DNA from: Oligoflexia bacterium | GTDB lineage: Bacteria; Bdellovibrionota; Bdellovibrionia; JABDDW01 | Length of the DNA: 64,000 nucleotides | Reading direction: 5' to 3' | NCBI GenBank assembly: GCA_020847095.1 | Contig: JADLCR010000058.1 | Span: 3,778 to 67,777 of the forward strand | In this document: in pieces, positions 45,590 to 54,448 of the stretch | Layout: each line of letters opens with the position of its first letter | Numbering within the stretch: position 1 is the stretch's first letter | Program-made: the position numbers and the translations under genes | Notes under the pieces: generated by a model | What the model was told of the DNA's origin: nothing | What the model saw: only the letters and a program-made list of their open reading frames with translations | The model's database searches: none

Positions 45590-46717
45590 TTATTTAATTG
45601 CAATACCGAGATGGGAGGCTACACGCGCTTTATTATAGGTATCGATATCTTCTTTTTTAATGAGTATTTCATTAATTTGATACTCTAGTGCTCTGGTGAG
45701 GGATTGGGAAGTGATGATGCTTCCCTCTGCTAGATACTTTACCGGCTCTGAACTTTTAGGACGAATGACAAAAAAGTCGACAGGGGCCTTTTTCCCGGGA
45801 ACCAGGGCTACTTCAGGCGAAAGTTTAGCATGAAGCTCATTGTTTTCAATGTGTAGAGTATTAACGTCATCATGGGGAACATAACTGATACAAAACGGCT
45901 CCTTCGCCCCGACCCCATATAGATATTTGGTCAAGCGATAAAAAAAATGGGGAAGCGAGCATGGTTGAATAGAAAATGTAAGCGGACTGGGCTTTTTTGC
46001 AGTAGCCCCTCGTGTGCCGTTAAATTTGCCACAGATCCCCAAACAAAGCGCCTCAACCAACTGTGAGTCATCTGGATGAACTTTTCCATAGGCGACGTAG
46101 CCTGAAAATTCACCGCCCATCAACGGACCGACGTGCACGACATCCGTTTCCGAGCTTGCGACTTTAAATGGGTTTTGAAGCTGATAGCCAAATTGCTTGA
46201 TCGTTTGACTTAGGCCCTCATGAAAAATGGCAGACCCGTCATCATCGCGAGTTGTAGGCACACGATACAGATCCCCCAATGATTGATCTTGGTCCTTGAT
46301 CTTTAATTGAGATGTTTCATTTTTCGTATCGGGTATTTTTTGCTCAAGAGGTGCGATCCCGGCTAAAGTTCCAAGTCTTGCTAAAATTCCAGATTTACTA
46401 ATAGGTGGAAAAACAGAATCTGGAATACGCGCATCAACAAATTTTCTGATAGCCAGCGGTCGAGAGTCTGTCGAATAAGCGACAATTTTCGCCCATGGAG
46501 TGGAGGCTTTGAGTTGTTCATAAAGTTTGGCCGGGTTGACACGCTTGACGTCCCAGCTAATTAATATGATGTCCGGTCGGACTCGAGATAATATCTCACC
46601 AAGCGCACGAATATCAGCTGCCAAAATAAGATCATATGTCTCCGTTAAATAGTCTTTCAATAGATCAATTGTTTGTTCATTTTCTTCGAACAATAAAATG
46701 CTAGCTCTTTGACTCAT
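45590..46717 (-). CDS. Pseudo-receiver (CheY-like) domain protein
   Basis: ILLFEEN...RVRPDIILISWDV. The phospho-acceptor Asp position is Ser and the KP motif reads FPP. C-terminal region unassigned. Confidence 0.7.
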   Translation of the reverse strand: MSQRASILLFEENEQTIDLLKDYLTETYDLILAADIRALGEILSRVRPDIILISWDVKRVNPAKLYEQLKASTPWAKIVAYSTDSRPLAIRKFVDARIPDSVFPPISKSGILARLGTLAGIAPLEQKIPDTKNETSQLKIKDQDQSLGDLYRVPTTRDDDGSAIFHEGLSQTIKQFGYQLQNPFKVASSETDVVHVGPLMGGEFSGYVAYGKVHPDDSQLVEALCLGICGKFNGTRGATAKKPSPLTFSIQPCSLPHFFYRLTKYLYGVGAKEPFCISYVPHDDVNTLHIENNELHAKLSPEVALVPGKKAPVDFFVIRPKSSEPVKYLAEGSIITSQSLTRALEYQINEILIKKEDIDTYNKARVASHLGIAIK

Positions 46718-46784
46718 TTAGGTATCCTCGAGTGGTTATTATCACTGATAACCGACCGGTACCTAAACATTTTTTATTTAATTG

Positions 46785-47123
46785 TCAATTAGCCTTAACA
46801 CGCCGCATATACGCTAGCGCGTAAGTGAGAAATCCAATGGAGGGAGAAACGACGTATAGAACCCCAACAAACCAAAAATGCCAGCGGGTTGCCCAACCCA
46901 TTTTTAGACCAAAGGTAAGAAGCGCAATCCCAACGGCAATTTGCAAAACAAGGAAGTCCACTACTCCAAAAGCATAAACGGGATCAAAGGCTGCGTGCCT
47001 GAACCAAAGAATCATACCTCCAACAAACCCATGGGTCTGTACCCACGGGATCAAAAAACACCCAAGAACAGGAATGGTAACAGCCAGAAGTACCCAATAA
47101 CTTGCAATTAAGCGCTTATTCAT
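46785..47123 (-). CDS. Small membrane protein, DUF2834-like
   Basis: Three hydrophobic helices, A-F-G-V-V-D-F-L, VSPSIGFLTY..YMR. Confidence 0.6.
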   Translation of the reverse strand: MNKRLIASYWVLLAVTIPVLGCFLIPWVQTHGFVGGMILWFRHAAFDPVYAFGVVDFLVLQIAVGIALLTFGLKMGWATRWHFWFVGVLYVVSPSIGFLTYALAYMRRVKAN

Positions 47124-47412
47124 ATTCTCATTGGACCCAAGAAACCCGTTAATTGCAAGGTGACGATGAAATCAGTGCGATCTATAAAAGCCCCGGGTGG
47201 CCAATTCAAAAAACTCTTCTGATTAGCCTGCAACTTAGAAAAACTTTAGTCCTGGTACATCAGTCAAAGTATCGCCCCCTGATAAAAGCTAGTCGAAAGT
47301 TTGGAATCAATTGTAATAAAGTGGTTTAGATAAATTTTATTTATAGCCCAATGCGCTATTAGATTACATGAATTTTGCAATTACTCCGACATATTGATTG
47401 GAGGATTGTACC

Positions 47413-48009
47413 GTGAAAGCCCTGCGACTAATCACAACTCGACAACCAGAAAATGGAAATCATGACTTTGATCTTCGAGGTCTTGGAAACGATGCTTTAC
47501 TCAAAGAATCGTTTCCCATAGGGTTTCTTTCATGCAATGCTGAAGTCGACCAACCGGACTTGCTTAGCGCGCTTCAGATAAAGTCAGTTAGCCAAAAGAA
47601 TACAGCTAATCTAATCTATTTGAGTTTGGCACGATCTGCCACCGATCTACCCTGCGACCTGGTGAGACTTTTGGGTCTTGCAAAATATTTGCACGGAAGA
47701 AACACCCGATTTGCCGGACATTTAGGGGTGCTAAACCGAACCAGGACTCTCTTAGCAGGTTCAATTCGAGAACAAAAACCCTCTGACACCCTTAACCATT
47801 TATTCGACACCCTTCACAGCCTGATGCCACAAATGGGCCTCACCTTGGACAATCATGGCCTTGAACTTCTTAAAGTCGGTGGATTCTCCATTCCAATAGT
47901 CATTTCCAATAAGAAATCTGAGTTAAACGAAATATCAATGAATGAGCTTTCGCTCACTCCCATTGCAAATACTAACGAACTTCATAGGCTTTATCGAGGA
48001 GCCCGATAA
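47413..48009 (+). CDS. Hypothetical cytoplasmic protein (weak GNAT / acyl-synthase-like pattern)
   Basis: RBS GGAGG before GTG 47413, coupled to the next gene (TAATG). Fold suggestion is weak. Confidence 0.55.
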   Translation: MKALRLITTRQPENGNHDFDLRGLGNDALLKESFPIGFLSCNAEVDQPDLLSALQIKSVSQKNTANLIYLSLARSATDLPCDLVRLLGLAKYLHGRNTRFAGHLGVLNRTRTLLAGSIREQKPSDTLNHLFDTLHSLMPQMGLTLDNHGLELLKVGGFSIPIVISNKKSELNEISMNELSLTPIANTNELHRLYRGAR

Positions 48010-48911
48010 TGAAACGTACGATCCGGTCGCTCGCTGTATTTTTTTATGTGATGTTACCCTGGCTATTTTCGCTCATAACATTTGAACTTACGTTTCAAGT
48101 CTTGAATAAATATCCAAGTTTAACAGGTGTGCGACTTGTAGTTGCGGCGCTCTTTTCCATTCTGATTTTTGTTGCTGGATCTGCTGCTTTGTCTCGCCCA
48201 TTTCACAAGAAAATTCAAGAAGGCCAGATGAAACGCGATATCCTTGAGAATAAATACCTTTTTAGAGCAATCTATGGTCGTTTGTGGATTAACATTTTTT
48301 ACTTTAAGCCTTTGTATGTCATTTTATTGAGTACAAGTTTTCTTAAATCGTTTTTATTTCGATCGTTTGGATATAAGGGGCAAACTGATTTTAATATGGC
48401 CCCCGATGCCTGGATCCGGGACCTCCCATTACTCACTTTAGAAAAGTCAGCTTACGTAGCAAATCGGGCGACCCTAGGAACGAATATTTGCTTGAGTGAT
48501 GGTAAAGCCGTTGTGGGGCCGATCCGAATTGGAGAAAATTCGCTTGTGGGTCATCTTGCCATTGTTGGTTTAGGAGCGAAGATCGGAAAACAAGTTGATC
48601 TTGGCGTTCGAGGGTTAGTTGGGATTCGAAGTTCCATCGAAGACTATGTTAAATTTGCTGGAAATGTGACCATCAATCACGGTTCAAAAATTGGCGAAAA
48701 AACTAGAGTTGGAGCGCAAGTCTATGTTGGACTTCGATCTACAGTAGGACCGAATCTCACAGTACCCTCTGGGTGCATTATTCCCGACGGCAAAACAGTG
48801 ACAACTCAATCAGAAGTAGATGCCATGATTGACGGGATCACCAAGTCAATGAAAGCTGCTAGCACCTCAGTTGAATCAATTTTAGCAAAATTTGAGACAT
48901 CTCATGGCTAG
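48009..48911 (+). CDS. Membrane-anchored left-handed beta-helix (hexapeptide repeat) acyltransferase-like protein
   Basis: Two N-terminal TM helices, then repeats such as IRIGENSLVGHLAIVGLGAKIGKQVDLG and IGEKTRVGAQVYVG. Confidence 0.85.
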   Translation: MKRTIRSLAVFFYVMLPWLFSLITFELTFQVLNKYPSLTGVRLVVAALFSILIFVAGSAALSRPFHKKIQEGQMKRDILENKYLFRAIYGRLWINIFYFKPLYVILLSTSFLKSFLFRSFGYKGQTDFNMAPDAWIRDLPLLTLEKSAYVANRATLGTNICLSDGKAVVGPIRIGENSLVGHLAIVGLGAKIGKQVDLGVRGLVGIRSSIEDYVKFAGNVTINHGSKIGEKTRVGAQVYVGLRSTVGPNLTVPSGCIIPDGKTVTTQSEVDAMIDGITKSMKAASTSVESILAKFETSHG

Positions 48912-50307
48912 CGATATTTTCATGTCGAAAGACACTGAAAAATCACTAACCAAAGAACTTGAAAAAGAAGTTAATAAGAAACTTTTGGCTGGAGTCAACT
49001 ATCGAAGCGGTATTTTGTTCTTTGCCATGTCTCTTGTATATCCCGTTTTCGGACTCTATTTAACTCCATCAATTCAAAAATTTGATCCTACTGTTGAACT
49101 AGCGCAAAACGTCGGGTACCGAATCATATTCAATACAATTCCCTGTTTGATAATGGGTGGAATTTTGATTTGGTCAAAGTTGGGTACTAATTTAAAAACC
49201 GCCCTCAACATATTGATGTATCCATTGATTATACATTTGGCCGCCTGGGTTTATGTCTGGCCTCTTATTCTTCAGGGGCAGGTGGAATTATTCTATTTTG
49301 TGCATGCACCCAATATCTTTGCCATAACAATATGGTTTATCTACTCGACGCCTCCGTTTAGAGTTTCGATAATCATGCTTGCGGCTACAGTCTTGTTTTT
49401 CCAGGGGCCGGTGATTTACGTTTTATACAAAGGTGGTGCGGCTCCTGAAATTCTAAGATTAGCCATTAATGACTCCATTTCAGCGGCAGTGATCAATATT
49501 TTTTGCGCTGTTACAGGATCAAATCTGCGCCGGCGATTGGCCGTCGAAGACGTTCTTAGTAAGAATAGTACTCGAAAATTTTTAGGTGCCATGGTCGCAG
49601 AAGCCATTTTTGAGCGGAGAGAAGATCTCCTCACTGAAAAACGAAAGAAGGGCTTCATCGTTGCAATGGATTTGAGAGGTTACTCGCAGCTGATGATCAC
49701 AATGCAAAAGGAAGTATTCGAGGCCTTTATGATGGAATATTCTAAGCTCATTTATGGCGCGTCAGGACGATCTGGCGGGTATTTGCATAAGTCCGCCGGA
49801 GATGGCCATATTCTCTCATTTGGAATTATGAATGATGATCGCGACCTGAGCGATATTGAAGAGCTCAAATGGCAGGCAAACGTCGCCGAAGATCGAGAAA
49901 AAGAAGAACAAGTAAGAAAAATCCTGGATTGTCTCAATGAAATTGAAGTTGAGTTCGAAAAATTAATCTTGAAGTACTCACTTAAGTCGAAGCTCAAGCT
50001 TGGAATAGGTGTCTCCTATGGAGAAGTGATTCTTAAAATGATGGGAAATGCGGAGTTTAGATTAGAGTACGATATCGAGGGGAAGGCAATCGTTGAAGCC
50101 GTTAGAATTGAGACTTATACGAAGGAATTGTTTAAAAGGTCTGATCACGACTCAGTAATTGTTTTATTTAGCCCTACAAGTTCCACGAGAGAGATTTTGA
50201 GGCAAGGTGCCGTTTTGACAATCGAATCCGGGGCCATCAAAGATTTTCCGGATCTGACAAAGCTCATTCGGCTCAATCACTCTGTAACCACCAAGGTTGC
50301 CGCCTAA
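48904..50307 (+). CDS. Membrane-bound class III adenylate/guanylate cyclase-like protein
   Basis: About 6 TM helices, AMDLRGYS (metal Asp), HKSAGDG (Lys and second Asp), LGIGVSYGEV, YDIEGKAIVEAVRIE (catalytic Asn replaced by Val, Arg kept). Confidence 0.82.
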   Translation: MASDIFMSKDTEKSLTKELEKEVNKKLLAGVNYRSGILFFAMSLVYPVFGLYLTPSIQKFDPTVELAQNVGYRIIFNTIPCLIMGGILIWSKLGTNLKTALNILMYPLIIHLAAWVYVWPLILQGQVELFYFVHAPNIFAITIWFIYSTPPFRVSIIMLAATVLFFQGPVIYVLYKGGAAPEILRLAINDSISAAVINIFCAVTGSNLRRRLAVEDVLSKNSTRKFLGAMVAEAIFERREDLLTEKRKKGFIVAMDLRGYSQLMITMQKEVFEAFMMEYSKLIYGASGRSGGYLHKSAGDGHILSFGIMNDDRDLSDIEELKWQANVAEDREKEEQVRKILDCLNEIEVEFEKLILKYSLKSKLKLGIGVSYGEVILKMMGNAEFRLEYDIEGKAIVEAVRIETYTKELFKRSDHDSVIVLFSPTSSTREILRQGAVLTIESGAIKDFPDLTKLIRLNHSVTTKVAA

Positions 50308-50341
50308 TTCCTCTTGAAATCCCAGTTCATCACTGTGATAA

Positions 50342-51385
50342 ATGTTTCTCAATATGGAAACTTCGACCACCAATTGGTTTAATGAAATTTCAATTCCGTT
50401 TCTGCAAGCACTTGTAATTTGCATTTTGTTTTTTATAACCGCTCGAAAAGTAAAATCAAAACTCAGTGCCTGGCTTGAGGGGCAGCAGCTCCAATTGGGA
50501 GCGAGAATTTTGAGGCGCATTAAGTGGCCATTAAGGGCGGCCGGGCTTGCTTTAGGGGCTCAGGTTTTTATTTGGTCTGCATCCGACCAAAATATTAGCT
50601 TAGGTAAATTCATCGTTGTCCCGCAGATTTTGCTCGTTCTCACTTTGATGTGGTTGGTGGACGTTCTTCTCGATGCCTTTCTGACCTTCAAACTAAATAA
50701 TGGAGTCACCGTGAGTACTCGCGTACTCATTAAAAGTCTTGCTCGAATTGCCATTGGGTCAGTTGCCGCACTAGTGATTTTAGAACGAATCGGCGTCTCG
50801 GTTACTCCACTTTTAGCTTCACTGGGTGTCGGATCACTCGCCGTGGCCCTTGCTCTTCAAGACACCCTCGGAAACATGTTCAGTGGATTTTATTTGCTTG
50901 CTGATAGACCCATCCGAATTGGAGATTTTATTCGTCTTGAAAATGGCACGGAAGGCTTTGTTGAGCGAGTGGGCTGGAGAACCACTCATATTTTGCTTCC
51001 CGGGCAAAGTATGGCCGTCGTCCCAAATTCAAAAATCGCTTCAGCACAAATTATTAATTTTGATCTGCCCAATTCGGAAATCAATGTCACTGTGGATGTT
51101 GGCATTGACTATCAAACACCGCTCGATCAAGCAGAAACGATTTTGACTGAAATTGCACGTAAGGTCACTGCGCAGTCTCAGGCGACCATAAAAGAAACTT
51201 CACCGGTAGTGCGATTTAAGAACTTCGGAGATTCAGCGATTGTCGTTGGGGTTACCATAAGAGCCCGTCACTTCGAACAAGTCGCTTTGGCCCGCCATGA
51301 CCTCATAAAGGCCCTTCACGCAGGGCTCAAGGATGCCAAAATTGGCATCCCCTACCCTCAACGCGTCATTCATCAGGGCTTGTAG
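50342..51385 (+). CDS. mscS: Small-conductance mechanosensitive channel
   Basis: LLASLGVGSLAVALALQDTLGNMFSG, RPIRIGDFI, IPNS-type VVPNSKI, IPYPQR. Confidence 0.93.
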   Translation: MFLNMETSTTNWFNEISIPFLQALVICILFFITARKVKSKLSAWLEGQQLQLGARILRRIKWPLRAAGLALGAQVFIWSASDQNISLGKFIVVPQILLVLTLMWLVDVLLDAFLTFKLNNGVTVSTRVLIKSLARIAIGSVAALVILERIGVSVTPLLASLGVGSLAVALALQDTLGNMFSGFYLLADRPIRIGDFIRLENGTEGFVERVGWRTTHILLPGQSMAVVPNSKIASAQIINFDLPNSEINVTVDVGIDYQTPLDQAETILTEIARKVTAQSQATIKETSPVVRFKNFGDSAIVVGVTIRARHFEQVALARHDLIKALHAGLKDAKIGIPYPQRVIHQGL

Positions 51386-52128
51386 TCGATCAATTCGCCC
51401 GTGGCCACGATGAAGTCAACGCCTTTTGAATTGCGATTGATCATTTCATTGGCAATGTACGAACCACCGCAAAATACCGGACTTCCGAAACTGGGAATCT
51501 CATTGGAGTAATACTCGTGAATAATGGTTGTGACTTCTCCTAAATCAGTGGTTCCGCAAATCATGTTTCCCGTGACTATTGTTGAAGAGCGGTAGGCTTT
51601 AATTATTTTGCCACTATCAAGTTTATACTCTCCGACCCACGTTTCCATTTGTGGAAGAGCGCCGCCACCCGAGCTGCATCCTTCAAATTCACCGGAACTC
51701 GCATCATGGGTTGGATAGGCCGGCTTCACGAGACAATCAAATCCTTCTTTTCCGATGAAGCAAGATTTTGTCGTCGTAAACCCTTCCGGCAATCCTGGAA
51801 CGTTTTTAACATCGAATGTCTTTTCGACGTAATTAAACTTATCTGTCGTTACACTGGAAACTTGAATATCGGTTGAATTAATATGCGCGTCCGCTTTTCC
51901 GTTTTTGAAATAGAATTTTTGAACAATTTTTTGTTTTGCTTTTAGCCTTGGGTCAATTTGAACTGTTTCAAATGGTAAACCTGAAAACTTGCAACCTTCG
52001 GCGTAACGTTCACGATCAAAAAGCCCAAGTTTTTTTTCAGGAGTGAATCGAGCTAAATCCGCTTGAACCTTAATGGTCACTAAACAAACGATAATAGCCA
52101 AAACTATGCTGCTCATTTTCATAGGCAT
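51373..52128 (-). CDS. Secreted hypothetical protein
   Basis: Signal ...TIKVQA, Cys-containing beta-rich mature part. Confidence 0.75.
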   Translation of the reverse strand: MPMKMSSIVLAIIVCLVTIKVQADLARFTPEKKLGLFDRERYAEGCKFSGLPFETVQIDPRLKAKQKIVQKFYFKNGKADAHINSTDIQVSSVTTDKFNYVEKTFDVKNVPGLPEGFTTTKSCFIGKEGFDCLVKPAYPTHDASSGEFEGCSSGGGALPQMETWVGEYKLDSGKIIKAYRSSTIVTGNMICGTTDLGEVTTIIHEYYSNEIPSFGSPVFCGGSYIANEMINRNSKGVDFIVATGELIDYKP

Positions 52129-52220
52129 CCCCCCTCATGGTTGCAGAGACAGTATGGCACAGACCCCTTGGGTCTCCAACTGGACCAGACCTTTTGACTA
52201 ATCGTTAAAGAGGGATTTAT

Positions 52221-52772
52221 TTAGAATGCTGAAGGATAGCAGGTCGAGACGTACATGCCACGCCCACACCTTATGTAACCATCCCAAAGAATGATATCAA
52301 ACTGCTCGTTGAACGAGTTTGTGTCTTTCTTAACCGCAACTTCTTCACCTTGGTCGTCTATCGCACAGTACCCCCGTTGCCCCAAGCGCAAAACAACTCC
52401 GGCTGTATAAGCCCCAATATCTCGCACCTTGTAACAATATTCGGTATTGGGTTTGATGTCGTTGAAATCAAATAGTTCGGGACGCTCTTGTATGAGCTGA
52501 AAAATGGACTGCTCAACGGCGTCAAAGTATTCGGATCGCGCTTCCTTACGGCACTCGTTATCGCGACTCGATGGCAATGGACATACAAAGGGACCGGGTG
52601 TAGCACTCGGAGCTGGTGTGGGAGTTGTCGTAACCGTAGGCGCTGGCGTGACACCAATTGACGGCTGAGATTGAATATTAGAAGTTGAGACGGCTTTGAA
52701 TGGTGAGCTGTGATTGCCACATCCTAATGTAGCCAGCAAAACCGTTAATAGAATTTTTCTTCTTGTCCCCAC
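52221..52772 (-). CDS. Hypothetical lipoprotein with Pro/Thr linker
   Basis: Lipobox LATLG-C, TPAPTVTTTPTPAPSATP linker, compact C-terminal domain with six Cys. Confidence 0.8.
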   Translation of the reverse strand: MGTRRKILLTVLLATLGCGNHSSPFKAVSTSNIQSQPSIGVTPAPTVTTTPTPAPSATPGPFVCPLPSSRDNECRKEARSEYFDAVEQSIFQLIQERPELFDFNDIKPNTEYCYKVRDIGAYTAGVVLRLGQRGYCAIDDQGEEVAVKKDTNSFNEQFDIILWDGYIRCGRGMYVSTCYPSAF

Positions 52773-52779
52773 ACTAGAC

Positions 52780-52806
52780 TTATCGACAGGGCGTCGGATT
52801 TATTTA
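52780..52806 (-). promoter_or_regulatory. Sigma28 (FliA)-like promoter TAAA-N15-GTCGATAA
   Basis: One mismatch to TAAA-N15-GCCGATAA. The -10 box ends 8 nt before the GTG at 52772, which would imply a leaderless mRNA. Confidence 0.45.
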
Positions 52807-52822
52807 GAATTCGGTTTTTTGA

Positions 52823-53722
52823 CTAAAAGATGGCCATTTTTAAGCAAAAAATCGATCCGCCGGCTTTTAGAAACTCACTCGTATCAACTGGTATCACTTC
52901 AAATTCCCGAGTCTCAAGGGCGCCAATAAGGGCGGGTGCCGATTTCTCAACCAATACCGTTTGACCATTGGGAGAAAAACAATTGGCAGCCAATGCGGAC
53001 CGTGACTCTTCGTCGCTAACTTCAATAATAGTCTTAAAAAAGCTACGAATCATCTTAAGGCCCTCTGGTTCAAAAGCATTTTCCACAACAACGGCACAAT
53101 CCGGGTTGATGATGCTCAAACATGTATCCAGATGATAAAAGCTCTCGTTTTGAAGTTGAATGGGGACAATATCAAATCCAAAACGATCCGAAAGCTCCGC
53201 ATAGACGTCATAATCTGTTCTAAATCCATGACCACCAAAAACCACTTTGGTTCCTGGAACGAGCAACGCATCGCCATGGCCCTCAAATTTAGCTTGAGAA
53301 TTGTCGAGTTGATCAACCGTGTACCCAGAGGTTTCAAAAAACTTTCGAAAGTGTATAACCTCATCACGTCTTGCCTCGTGTGCCATTTGAGCTAAAAGCG
53401 CATGGGTAGTCCCATCAAAATGAAATACAAAGGCCTGATTTGCGGCAAACACCATGTCAGGTAGACCGGGAGCTCCTTTGATGGTTGAAACTGGCAAACC
53501 CAACTTCTCAAAAATCGATTTTAGTGTCGTCCACTGTTCAAGAGCATTTGCTTTATCCACAGTTTTTAACTTGCCAGAACTGTCGCGCATGTGAGGGTTA
53601 ATGGCATAAGACACTCGATAAAAATCGGGACTCACCATAAGAATGCGATGAGGGATCAAATCAGCATTGAATGTCACTGAGTTGCGAAGGCCTCGAGCAC
53701 CTTGTGCGGATTCAACAATCAT
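52823..53722 (-). CDS. Amidinotransferase / dimethylarginine dimethylaminohydrolase (pentein) family enzyme
   Basis: YAINPHM, LPDMVFAAN, FEGHGD, FYHLDTC, EFLKAGGSIFCL (catalytic Asp/His/Cys). Confidence 0.92.
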   Translation of the reverse strand: MIVESAQGARGLRNSVTFNADLIPHRILMVSPDFYRVSYAINPHMRDSSGKLKTVDKANALEQWTTLKSIFEKLGLPVSTIKGAPGLPDMVFAANQAFVFHFDGTTHALLAQMAHEARRDEVIHFRKFFETSGYTVDQLDNSQAKFEGHGDALLVPGTKVVFGGHGFRTDYDVYAELSDRFGFDIVPIQLQNESFYHLDTCLSIINPDCAVVVENAFEPEGLKMIRSFFKTIIEVSDEESRSALAANCFSPNGQTVLVEKSAPALIGALETREFEVIPVDTSEFLKAGGSIFCLKMAIF

Positions 53723-53731
53723 GGCTACTCC

Positions 53732-54430
53732 CTATTTTAGATCAAATAAAATCAATTCTGATTCCGTTCCAAGACCTTTAAGTTTCAGAGTTCCCGAATC
53801 TTCTAATACAGCGGCGTCACCACTTCGCAGTTCCTGACCTTCGACTTCAATTTGCCCTTTAGCCACTTGCACCCACACACCGCGACCCGCTCTCAACTTG
53901 AATTCAAGGGATTTACCGCCTTCTAGCACTGAAGCATAAACATCGGCATCTTGTCGAATTGCCATTGAGTTATCGCGACCATTTAAAGAGGCAAATAATC
54001 TTAAAGTATTGAGTTTCTGCTCGCGGCTCAGGTGAAGCTGACCGTATTGCGGTTTCAAGCTTTTTTGATTTGGCAAAATCCAAATCTGTAGCAAATGAAC
54101 TTGCGATTCCGCAGAATTATTAAACTCAGAATGAGTAACACCAGATCCAGCCGACATGTATTGGGTGTCTCCGGCTTTGATCACAGAACCATTTCCCATG
54201 CTGTCTTTGTGAGCAAGCTCGCCTTCGAGCACGTAAGTTATGATTTCCATATCGCGATGACCATGGGTATCGAATCCCTCCCCAGGCTGGACAAAATCCT
54301 CATTGATAACTCGAAGAGATCGAAAGCCCATGGCCTCAGGATTGTAATAATCTCCAAATGAAAAAGTGTGGTGGGTCTTAAGCCAACCATGATTGAAGTA
54401 CCCTCGATGATTTGTGCGAATAACTTTCAC
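53732..54430 (-). CDS. Pirin family protein (YhhW-like)
   Basis: HGWLKTHHTFSF, LRVINED, GFDTHGHRDMEIITY, MSAGSGVTHSE, LLQIWI. Confidence 0.95.
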   Translation of the reverse strand: MKVIRTNHRGYFNHGWLKTHHTFSFGDYYNPEAMGFRSLRVINEDFVQPGEGFDTHGHRDMEIITYVLEGELAHKDSMGNGSVIKAGDTQYMSAGSGVTHSEFNNSAESQVHLLQIWILPNQKSLKPQYGQLHLSREQKLNTLRLFASLNGRDNSMAIRQDADVYASVLEGGKSLEFKLRAGRGVWVQVAKGQIEVEGQELRSGDAAVLEDSGTLKLKGLGTESELILFDLK

Positions 54431-54448
54431 ATGAGCCTCACAAAATTC

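Noticed and set aside
47413-50307. CBASS/Pycsar-type antiphage system
   Set aside because: The cyclase is TM-fused with adenine-type Lys/Asp, and no TIR, patatin, Cap or CNBD-TM effector is adjacent.
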